Positions 45,001 to 53,721 of a stretch of 64,000 bases of DNA are shown here, piece after piece. The position numbers and the translations under genes are program-made. The stretch is taken from the IMG/VR virus record IMGVR_UViG_3300028364_000013. One strand, 5' to 3'. Each line of letters begins with the position of its first letter. Positions within the stretch are counted from its first letter, which is position 1. Below the pieces are notes generated by a model, which saw only the letters and a list, made by a program, of their open reading frames with translations, was not told the DNA's origin and did no database searches. Source of the DNA: a virus. Its lineage: Duplodnaviria > Caudoviricetes.

Positions 45001-45033
45001 AAAAAGGGACTCTGAATTAACAGAGTCCCTTTT
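45001..45033. terminator. Bidirectional intrinsic terminator
   Basis: AAAAGGGACTCTG/CAGAGTCCCTTTT between convergent genes. Confidence 0.85.
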
Positions 45034-45043
45034 GTATTTAATA

Positions 45044-45870
45044 TCACCTATCTTTAAACATCAATGCCATATTAATTATAGCAGCAACTATTCCTCCAAT
45101 CAGAGGGGCTAAAAACATCCAATTTACTGGGTCTTGATTCACAAAGTAATCTATCCCTTCAACTATTCCCCAGATTGCTCCAGCGCCATACGCCAGTGCA
45201 GCAAGCATGTGTACAATAAATTTACCAACCATGTCTTATTTTTTGTATTCGAAATCAATTTGGGTTTCACCAAATATTACTTTCTTTATGTTAAACAATT
45301 TTTTTCTCTCCTTCAATGCTGGTTTTACATAAGTGTCATCAATGAACTTAACAAGCTTCTTTGCTTTTGCTTTGCTCTTAAATTGCCAGCTTGCACACTC
45401 TCTAAAGTGCTCTCCACATTCACCCTTCATATCTCCTCCAGCTTTCTTAAAAGCTTTCTCAATCTTTTCTGCAAGAGCATAGTTGTCTGGTAAGAAACAT
45501 GCTCCTGGAATTAACTCTTTCCCTTCTGATTCTTCGTGCATGAAGTTCTCAAGGTCGATTGACACACTGTATGTTTTGTACTCTGGGCATTTCTCAAGAC
45601 TCCCCCAGTATCTCGGAGACTTCTTTTTCATAATTAATAAACATTTGAATTGTGTCAGAGATGCCTCCAATAACATGGTCAATGTGTTCTTTAAGATTCA
45701 CAAGTTCACCGATGTTAATGCTTGTTTTTTGTTTCTGATTTGTCCTTAAATGACATCATGAAATTATCAAGGTTGACAATCTCCATTCCTATTTTTTTGG
45801 TTGGAACCATTCTTCCTTCCTCAATTTCTCTTTTGACAGCTCTTACGTGTCCTTCTGTTCTATTCATAAC
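45044..45870 (-). other. Small hypothetical CDSs (45044-45232 membrane, 45236-45682, about 45713-45868)
   Basis: Co-oriented ORFs downstream of promoter 45873-45901. Confidence 0.65.
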
Positions 45871-45899
45871 AATTATACGTTAATTAAAATTAAATGTTC

Positions 45900-46134
45900 T
45901 TATAAAATTTGATGAAAATGATTTATTACAATAAAAGCCAGCGTAACACTTGATACAAATGCGTCAAGTTTTATAACTATTAAACTTTTTAGTCGTGCTG
46001 TTTTTACAAAACCTTCTTCTATAGAATCCTGTAGAGAATCCAAATGCCAGGAGACATAAAAACATAATCCACTGACCAGCAAATAAAACTCCTACGATAG
46101 CCCAGAAAAAATATGCTATTCCCATAAATATGAA
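45900..46134 (-). pseudogene. C-terminal half of a membrane-protein gene split by the cassette array
   Basis: FIFMGIAYFFWAIVGVLFAGQWIMFLCLL...IVINHFHQIL begins immediately after the terminal TAAC of the array. Confidence 0.6.
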
Positions 46135-46219
46135 GTTAGGGTGCATTAGTCCACTTTTAAGGCAGGGTGTGCGTATTGCATTAATTTTAAAAGCCCTGTC
46201 AATCACTCTACCCATATCA

Positions 46220-46489
46220 TCATTTTTCACCTTCATTAAAGTGAAACACACCCTTTAATTCCATATCCGAGTTTTCACTTCTTTGAGTCCCTATCGCTAT
46301 GTGCATCCAGTCACACTTATTAGAATCTATTGCACATAATACACCTACTTTATAAATGTAACTTGTTCGGTTATCTAACCATGCATCAGAAAGTGCGTCT
46401 TCGTTAACGTCTTCGCTATAATCCCAACTAGTCCATTCATCATTAAACTCGGATATTGCTTTTAGTTTTTCTTTAAGGTAATTTTCCAT
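46220..46489 (-). CDS. Cassette C hypothetical protein
   Basis: Starts just downstream of the attC-like site ending at 46502. Confidence 0.7.
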   Translation of the reverse strand: MENYLKEKLKAISEFNDEWTSWDYSEDVNEDALSDAWLDNRTSYIYKVGVLCAIDSNKCDWMHIAIGTQRSENSDMELKGVFHFNEGEK

Positions 46490-46501
46490 AATTAAAATAA
46501 C

Positions 46502-46635
46502 GCACCCTAAAAATGTATAAAAATAATAGCTATTAGGTGCTGTTTATAAGGCTATTACTTGTTAATTAAATTTATTCCTATCAGATAGCTAACGCATATT
46601 TACACGCTACTATTATTATACTAAACGTTATGTGC
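46502..46635 (-). repeat. attC-like site
   Basis: GCACATAAC...TTTAGGGTGC with paired arms GTATAATAATAGTAGC/GCTATTATTTTTATAC. Confidence 0.75.
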
Positions 46636-46639
46636 AAGG

Positions 46640-46930
46640 CTAACTTACTGCTTCCAAAAGACGATTTTTAATCCATTCAACATTTGGAACACCATTGCCA
46701 TTTAATACTTCAAGAACTTCGTTTATGGCTTCTTTCATTTTTGGTGCAGAAATAATAAGTTTAGCGTCTTCCATTCTTATTTCATCTGTATATCCATTGT
46801 GGTCGCCATAATCTTCTTGCATTACTTCAAGTCGTGGATAATGTCCATTTTTTTCTGCATTTGGTAAATCTGCTTCTATAAAAAACATTGATTCACTTAC
46901 AACTCTTACTCTCCAATTTTCTGTATTCAT
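46640..46930 (-). CDS. Cassette B hypothetical protein
   Basis: Stop codon lies 4 nt before the next attC-like site; contains DAKLIISAP. Confidence 0.8.
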   Translation of the reverse strand: MNTENWRVRVVSESMFFIEADLPNAEKNGHYPRLEVMQEDYGDHNGYTDEIRMEDAKLIISAPKMKEAINEVLEVLNGNGVPNVEWIKNRLLEAVS

Positions 46931-46969
46931 TTCGTTTTTAAATTAAATTTAGTGCTGATAAACCGCCCA

Positions 46970-47105
46970 GCACATAACAGCGTGCATAATAAATTGGCAA
47001 TTCAGTGGTTAAATGAACCTTAGTTTTTCTAATCGAGTTCTGTGGCAGTAGGAAGTTTTCGTTTTCAAAATCGCCAACTTCTCATACACGCAAAACGTTA
47101 GCAAA
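46970..47105 (-). repeat. attC-like site
   Basis: TTTGCTAAC...GTTATGTGC with arms GCGTGTATGAGAAGTTGGC/GCCAATTTATTATGCACGC. Confidence 0.8.
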
Positions 47106-47113
47106 CATTTGGG

Positions 47114-47362
47114 CTACTGCTTAATTTCATCTTTCAGTTGCTCAAATCTTTCTGTTGTTACTATTATTTTTCTTGGTGTATTTTCAATTGCTCTCTCAAG
47201 TGATTGGAATAGTTCTTTTTTGCTTTTACATAAATGCTCTATTGCTTCATAAGGCGTTAATCCTCTCGCCATAGATTCAAAGATGCTTCTAAACTCTGCA
47301 TCAAATTGAAACTCTTCAAAGAACTCTTCCGTAAACTGTGATTTTAATTCAAATTGGTTCAT
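47114..47362 (-). CDS. Cassette A hypothetical protein (paralog of the C-terminal domain of 33489-34037)
   Basis: FDAEFRSIFESMARGLTPYEAIEHLCKSKKEL. Confidence 0.8.
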   Translation of the reverse strand: MNQFELKSQFTEEFFEEFQFDAEFRSIFESMARGLTPYEAIEHLCKSKKELFQSLERAIENTPRKIIVTTERFEQLKDEIKQ

Positions 47363-47373
47363 AATAAAAACGA

Positions 47374-47471
47374 TTTGCTAACACAACCTATACACCATAA
47401 AGCAATATAGTATTGTGCTAAGATTAAACATTGTGCTATGCTTTACGGTGCATAGCCAAACCGTTAGCAGC
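47374..47471 (-). repeat. attC-like site
   Basis: GCTGCTAAC...GTTAGCAAA with arms CTATGCACCGTAAAGCA/TGCTTTATGGTGTATAG. Confidence 0.8.
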
Positions 47472-47694
47472 AATACTACTTTAGTTTTTCCAAAGAAGCT
47501 TTCTTTAGTGCCTATTTTAAAATCAACTCTCTCTTCTTCTGTCATTTCTCTTTCTTTATCACACATCAAACATCTCATTTTTGAAAATTCAGTCGGCCAC
47601 CTAAAGTTTATAATTTTCGTTCCTCAAATTCCAATCCTTAGCCTTAACGTTATAGGTAAGGCTGAACATCCGACATTGCAGATTAAAAATTCAA

Positions 47695-47839
47695 GCTCTA
47701 TTTTCTTTTCACCGTTTTCGCTCTCTTTATTTAAACCCTCAAGAAGCCTGAGTCTATATAAGTATTTTTTTGGATTTTGTAAAATACCCAATTCGAATAA
47801 GAAAAATAAAGTACCTAATATGTAAAATAAATTTATCAT
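47695..47839 (-). pseudogene. N-terminal half of the split membrane-protein gene
   Basis: MINLFYILGTLFFLFELGILQNPKKYL..., then reads into attC-like sequence (ICNVGCSALPIT). Confidence 0.55.
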
Positions 47840-47857
47840 GTTTTATAATTTTTATGT

Positions 47858-49858
47858 TTAACAACCATCGTTTAAGCTAATTAAATAATCTCCACCCTTT
47901 CTGTCTATGGAGCATCCTTCAACGTGAGTGAAATCATCAACACCACACTCTGGGCAAACAGTAAAAGAAGGCTTAGCGTAATTGTTTAAATACCCAGAAA
48001 GACCTCCTCTAAGAACTCTATCCATTGAATTCATTACAATAAAGTCAATTTCTTGTAACTCTGTTACTGAAGTTTTTGACACCACACCTTTCAATCTTTC
48101 ATACGTGCTATTACACGTTTCTACAAATAGAGAATCAGAATATTCCTTTAGGTTTTCAAGAGAATTTTGAATTGAACTCATGAGGCTGTCATTTGACACC
48201 ACAAATTCTGGAGCCTCTGATGTTGGAGTAACATATTTTTCTTCTACGAAAAAACTATGAAGATACTCAACTCTATCGCCATCAGACATTATAACCATAG
48301 CCATTAAGTGCTTTTGATAATCTTCTGGCCATACAACTTTGGCAAACTCAGGATTTAAAATTATATCCCAAGTAGAACCAATCTCAACTCCATCTGGAAG
48401 GTGCCACTTACCATTTACCATAGTAATTCCGCCTATTATCTTAGGGTTATTAATTGACATATAACCACCCTTGAAACCTTGGATTATTATGTTCTTTACT
48501 GTATGCAAATCTTCCATTATACTTTGAATTTATCTCTTTGTTCTAATTCTTCTTGCTCGATTACACTAACGCAATCTGCGCAAACAAAGATAGACTTTTC
48601 TATTGTCTTATCCAAAACTTTTACATATACTTTTCTAAATATGCCATTATAGTGTGGACACCTGTTTGGATGATACTTTTGAAACCTCCAGGTTGGTGGC
48701 CTTAACTTTAGCTTGTGATTCTCAACAAGAGGCTTATCCAGAGCTTCTCTTCTAATTTTGTTCATTAAAATCCTGGACACAAAAAGGAAGGCTAATGTTA
48801 AAAAACATAGCCCTCCAATAATTAGCAATATTAAAATGCCAACATCCATTAAAACAATTCCTTAAGAAGAGTCTTTCTATTTTTAAGGTCAGACTTGTGA
48901 CCAGAAAGAGCTTTCTTTGCCTTTTCAAGTTTGTAATCCGCATCATCAACATCTTTTAAGCTAAAAGGCATGCTAAACTTTGATGCCTCATATTCTTCTT
49001 CAGCTATCTCCACATCAGCTTCTGCTTTAACAATAACTCCTTCAAGTTTTGCAATTTGAACTCCCAATTCAGACTTTCCTGATTTTCCGTTTCTTTTAAT
49101 CTCCTTTTCTTTGTTACCAAGTTCTTCAAGTCTATTTTTTACTCCTTCTTCGTATTTCATAATTTATGATTTATTTGTTTTTATTTTCTAATAAGTAATT
49201 CTGATGAATATATTTTTCTTCTTTCTGGTTCTGTATCTTCTACTTTTTTTCTTACGATTAATTCGTCATCTTCCATAATTTTAATCGACATCGCTCCATA
49301 TCTCATAGCATCAACGTCAGATTCAAAAATGAAATCAGCCCTATCTCTATATTCATTGCCAATAATTTCAACACTTTTTTGTAAAGATTTTGCATCTACT
49401 ACAATAAAGTATTTATAATCATATGTATATGGAGCGTCAGTTGTAAAAGAAACTCTTTCGTCTTCACCAATATTATCAACAACGTATGTTTCTCCAAATT
49501 TACACCCTAAATATCTCCCTTCAGCTACGCATAATAGCGTATCTCCACTTTTTGGTTTTCTAAAAATAGAATGCTCATCTGATGGTCTTTTGGCTTTATT
49601 ATAATAATTATTTATTTCTTGATTAGATACTTTATAACCTTCAACTTTATCTTTTTGGTTAACTTCAGATATAAAACCATTTGATATAAATATGCACCCC
49701 CCATCTTTATTGTATCCAATTAAAAGTTTAACTCCATATTCAGGATGATTAGACTCTTCAATACAAGAAAAAGGCTGATATGGAAATTCATTATCTTCCC
49801 ACTTAGCAATACTTTCTTTGTAGTTTAACCTATCTGATTTTGGATAATGTAACTTCAT
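47858..49858 (-). other. Hypothetical CDSs (47858-48517, 48517-48849, 48849-49160, 49181-49858)
   Basis: Co-oriented ORFs downstream of promoter 49877-49905. Confidence 0.75.
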
Positions 49859-49904
49859 GCCTTTATGTTTATTAAGTTATACGATAATAAATTAAAAATG
49901 TTCT

Positions 49905-49938
49905 AAAAAAAAAGCAGTAAGTTAATTCTTACTGCTTT
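49905..49938 (-). terminator. Intrinsic terminator closing the RNA-gene cluster
   Basis: AAAGCAGTAAG/CTTACTGCTTT stem followed by a T run on the minus strand. Confidence 0.8.
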
Positions 49939-49939
49939 A

Positions 49940-50145
49940 TTCACTTACCCTAAGCTCGTGCTATCACAAGGTGGGCTCCACTAATCCTGGCGAATCAACT
50001 TCACAGCCTACACGTATCCTCTTAAACCTTCAATCAGGCAAGTATAGATACAATAACGGGTGCATCCCCGACCACTGCAGCAGTCACGCTACTTCATCCA
50101 TGTGTGGCACATTGGGAGGAGACTAATCCTCACACGTTTCATTTA
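49940..50145 (-). ncRNA. Unassigned structured RNA candidate
   Basis: Non-coding, visibly GC-richer than its flanks, with multiple hairpins. Confidence 0.45.
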
Positions 50146-50169
50146 ATATTGTGGAGAGGTAGGATTTCA

Positions 50170-51511
50170 TAATGTTTTTTGTCTGCGGAAACCCAATCAT
50201 CACGAAGTGTGGTTGGGATGAGCAGGCCTCTTTTTGTTAGTATACGACAAATATACAAAAAAATTTAATTAATTTCAAGTTTTCTTTTTTTTTATATATT
50301 TATAATAAAAATTGAGAGAAGTGATAACTTACTGCACAGAACTTATTCCAACAAACCCAGATGACATGAGCTTAATCATGAGCATCATGGAGGAATTTCG
50401 CTCTGTCGTTAATGAAGCAAGTCAAATTCAGTTCTCTAATCTTAAGGATTTAAGCGCACTCAAGGCATTGCATAACACTTTTTATCACCCAACAAGAGAA
50501 TCTCACCCTAATTTCCCTTCTCAAATGGTCATTCGTGCCGAGATGGAGTGCCTTGCATCATATAAAGCAATCAAATCCAACAAGCACAAAATATCGAGGC
50601 CATTCGAGAAACATAATCTCTCGATGAGACTTGACAAGAGACTTTATTCTCACGTCAAGGGCGAGCCAACGAAGATAAAGATAACAACCAAAGAAAAGAA
50701 GAAAGAATTCTCAATTGTCCTTTATCCGAAGCTTGAGGAATTAATGAGCAAGCATCAATTTGTTGACCCACTTATATTTGTTCGTGATGGCAAACTAATG
50801 ATTGCGCTGACTTTTGACAATGCAATTGAGCCTGTCAAGTCCACTCTTTGTCTTGGGGTTGACCTTGGCATCCGAAGGGTTGCTGCGCTTTCTGATGGCA
50901 GACTCATCATCGACAAAAAGTTTAACAAAGAAAAGAGAGAACTTCGATATAAGAAGAGGTGTCTCCAGTCCAAGGGAACCAAGAGCTCAAGAAAGCACTT
51001 AAAAAAGCTAAGGAGAAAAGAAAGAGACAAGAACAAGAATCAAACACATCTTGTTGCCAATGAAATCCTCAAGACAAGTGCAAATGTGATTGCGCTGGAG
51101 AACCTAAAGGGAATAAAGGCAAAGAAATATAAAACACAAAATAAAAATGGAGTGAGTCAAGTTCCGTTCTTCGAATTAAGAAGAGTTTTGACTTATAAGG
51201 CCGAGAACATGGGAAAACATGTTTGTTTGGTTTCGCCAGCATATACCAGTCAAATCGACTCTGTTTCAGGAATCCGAGAGGGTGAACGAAGAGGAGTTAG
51301 ATTTTATGCAAAGTCAGGCTTGGTATATGATGCAGACATTAATGCTGCAGTTAACATCGCTCGAAGGAGCAAACACCCCATCTCGCAAGGAAGCTTGCTT
51401 GACGGGCAGGGCGTTGTCAATCGCCCAATCGCATGTCAGCCCAAGACGACCATCACGGTCTGATTGGCATTGCAAGCCCATTCATCGCCTTGGCGTGGAT
51501 GGGTAATTGAC
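50170..51511 (+). mobile_element. Non-autonomous IS200/IS605-family (TnpB-only) element
   Basis: Left subterminal hairpin CCCAATCA...TGGTTGGG; right hairpin CCCATTCA...TGGATGGG followed by TAATTGAC; no tnpA. Confidence 0.8.
50312..51463 (+). CDS. tnpB: TnpB RNA-guided endonuclease
   Basis: RuvC motifs GVDLG, IALENL and DADINAAVNI; TTG start. Confidence 0.92.
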   Translation: MREVITYCTELIPTNPDDMSLIMSIMEEFRSVVNEASQIQFSNLKDLSALKALHNTFYHPTRESHPNFPSQMVIRAEMECLASYKAIKSNKHKISRPFEKHNLSMRLDKRLYSHVKGEPTKIKITTKEKKKEFSIVLYPKLEELMSKHQFVDPLIFVRDGKLMIALTFDNAIEPVKSTLCLGVDLGIRRVAALSDGRLIIDKKFNKEKRELRYKKRCLQSKGTKSSRKHLKKLRRKERDKNKNQTHLVANEILKTSANVIALENLKGIKAKKYKTQNKNGVSQVPFFELRRVLTYKAENMGKHVCLVSPAYTSQIDSVSGIREGERRGVRFYAKSGLVYDADINAAVNIARRSKHPISQGSLLDGQGVVNRPIACQPKTTITV

Positions 51512-51626
51512 ACCTACATTCTACTAAGGTACTTAAGTGCTCTTTTCCCTTTTCAACTCGTGGCTTTACAGGCCATGGTGTCTATGAATATTGCACCACC
51601 CTCCCGACATTTGACTGTCGTTGCTC

Positions 51627-52577
51627 TTAAATATCGTTCATCTGCTCTTCGATAATCTTACGAACATCTTCAGCAGTTGGTTTCTTATAAATTGGCCAAG
51701 AACACATTGAGCAGCTACAAACTTTCCCTGTGTGTCTCATCCAGATTCCAGATTCTCCAGACTGGACTTCTTTCCAGTAATCAGCCCAACAAAGATTATC
51801 ATTGTTTATACTATAAGACCAGCTCCAGTCATAATAATTTCTGGCTCTTCTCTTTAGATGAACCTCTTTTTTGTACCTACGGTACGCTCTTTTCATGTTT
51901 TTCATTTCTTACATTGTTATAGCTTGGTGTGCTTGAGTTGAGCACCAAGCTCATTACCTGTAAGAAATCTCTATTACTTTTTTCATTTTTATATTTTTTC
52001 AGCAAAACACAATACGTTTTCCTTATCTTTTCTTGATTTGTCTCCTTTTTCGTTGTCGAATCTAAAACCATTTCTGCTACTATACCACCAATCGACAATA
52101 GTATTAGATTTGTAGGCTTTGCTAAAAATAACACATTTGCCCTGCCACTTATCTTCTACATATTCCCAAAATTCTACTGGAGAAACAAGTTTATACATTT
52201 CACCACTATACTTAATAACAGAATCTTCACCATCCTTGTCAGACTTAACAGCATCAAAAAACACTTGACGCTCCTTGTAGAACACCTTCTTTTCTTTAAA
52301 TGTCTTATCTTTCCAACTCATATTATTTTATCTTGTCCTCTACGTATTTGCTTTGTTCTTCTTCAGATAGGTCAGAAAAAAACTGAACCGCTATTGCCTT
52401 ACCTTCAAGGATAAGTTTAGCCATTTTCTTTCTATCAGCTTTGGTTGTATATTCTTTATCATAATTTAAAGGTTTAGCTATTTGATAGCCTCTCAACATT
52501 TCGCCTTTAACATCAATTGTAAATTCACATTGATTTTCTGTTAAATCACCAATGTCATCAATTAAAATCGCCTTCAT
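51627..52577 (-). other. Hypothetical CDSs (51627-51905, 51989-52321, 52323-52577)
   Basis: Co-oriented ORFs between the tRNA genes. Confidence 0.7.
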
Positions 52578-52599
52578 AATACTTTTATTTTAAAAATTG

Positions 52600-52673
52600 T
52601 GACCCGTCCAGGATTCGAACCTGGGACCGCAAGTTTAGAAAACTTGTGCTCTATCCAACTGAGCTAACGGGCC
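52600..52673 (-). tRNA. tRNA-Arg(UCU)
   Basis: Canonical cloverleaf: GGCCCGT/ACGGGTC, D-arm GCTC/GAGC with A20, anticodon loop TTTCTAA, TTCGAAT T-loop; CCA not encoded. Confidence 0.95.
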
Positions 52674-52940
52674 GTCAAAATGACAATAAGATTGTTGGGT
52701 TTCCTATCTACGACTTCCACGTAGTTACAACGTACCACCCCTGTTTCCTAATGTCACTTTTTCCTTACTATCAGTTTTTCGGTCACAGAGCAAAAGCATG
52801 TCTTAAGTTACTTTTACTCCCCCTCAGTCTTATGTAAGTTAGACTGATATTTTAAATGTCAAAAAAGACAAGAAGTGTATGGCATAACATAAATAAAAAT
52901 AGGCTTCCTCAACTCCTATTAATACACTTCTTATCTATCG

Positions 52941-53013
52941 TGAATGTAACAAGAGTCGAACTTGCAACACTCCCCAACGGTTGTCGGGGCGCTTACCAAT
53001 AAGCTTTACACCC
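52941..53013 (-). tRNA. tRNA-like gene with non-canonical anticodon loop (unassignable)
   Basis: Acceptor GGGTGTA/TACATTC, D-arm GCTT/AAGC, T-arm GCAAG-TTCGACT-CTTGT; anticodon stem CCCCG/TGGGG with 8-nt loop ACAACCGT. Confidence 0.65.
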
Positions 53014-53133
53014 AGGTCCCAGTTTATCGTACTGGGGAACCAACATTAGACTGCAGACCTTAGTGTTGACAACGGGCAAGATTTAATTGAGTTCTCATTT
53101 GTGCTGCTATCCTGCCAGAAACGCACACGCTTT

Positions 53134-53688
53134 TTACATATTCGAAGCCCTTAATTGTTCTTCGTGAGTTTCTTTATTATTTTCTGCTATTAAAGTTGCA
53201 AGTTTCTTAGATTTTGCTTCGCATATGTCTACAAAAAAATCTTCATTGCTATCCCATGCTTCACCCTTAACTTTATTCATTATCAAATGAATTGATGCAT
53301 GTCTAAATATTGGATAAAATATTTCCCAATCAATATTGGCAATTTTCTCAACCTGCCACTTAATCCACTCTTCTTTCAAAAGTTCTTCATAAATAGTTTC
53401 CTCCTTGTTGGCCATATGTTTTCTAACAGCTCTTGCTCTAATTATCTCTCTTTCTTGTGAAGACATTTGCTTTTCCACTTCAAGGTCAATGTTAACTAAA
53501 TCACAACCTTCAAGTTCAAATTTCATCCTGCACCCACAATATTCATCATAAGTGTATTGGTCATCAACAAAATTGCTTAACAAAATATTAAGCAAACCCA
53601 TTTCTTTCTTAACAGACGCAGAGTGGTCAATGAAGTTTGTTTCAAGGTTGTTTTTAATATCTTCTTTTAAGTTTTCTATATCTGACAT
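53134..53688 (-). CDS. Hypothetical protein
   Basis: ORF preceded by promoter 53696-53724. Confidence 0.75.
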   Translation of the reverse strand: MSDIENLKEDIKNNLETNFIDHSASVKKEMGLLNILLSNFVDDQYTYDEYCGCRMKFELEGCDLVNIDLEVEKQMSSQEREIIRARAVRKHMANKEETIYEELLKEEWIKWQVEKIANIDWEIFYPIFRHASIHLIMNKVKGEAWDSNEDFFVDICEAKSKKLATLIAENNKETHEEQLRASNM

Positions 53689-53721
53689 ACTAATGTTATA
53701 CGTTTATTTTTTACTAATGTT

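Larger units (their letters stand above)
46135..47695 (-). mobile_element. Integron-like gene-cassette array (attC-like sites, no integrase in window)
   Basis: Palindromic TAAC...GTTA sites separate single genes; each cassette's two ends are mutually complementary. Confidence 0.75.
50152..51605 (-). tRNA. tRNA-Tyr(GUA)-like gene interrupted by an IS element (5' part 51605-51512, 3' part 50169-50152)
   Basis: D-stem GTG/CAC, anticodon arm TGGC-CTGTAAA-GCCA, T-stem GTAGG/CCTAC split by the insertion, acceptor GGAGGG/CTCTCC-A. Confidence 0.7.

Noticed and set aside
46135-47695. CRISPR array or simple terminators
   Set aside because: The repeats are non-identical long palindromes separating whole genes, with cassette-specific end complementarity. 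No CRISPR-like repeat-spacer periodicity was seen anywhere in the window.
50040-50145. HDV-like theta ribozyme downstream of the tRNA
   Set aside because: A partial P1 and P2 can be drawn, but P3/L3 do not fit convincingly by eye. Left as a search to run.
52600-52673. Reading tRNA-Arg as an amber suppressor (CTA occurs in the loop)
   Set aside because: A 5-bp stem with a 7-nt loop places TCT at positions 34-36, and A20 supports Arg identity.
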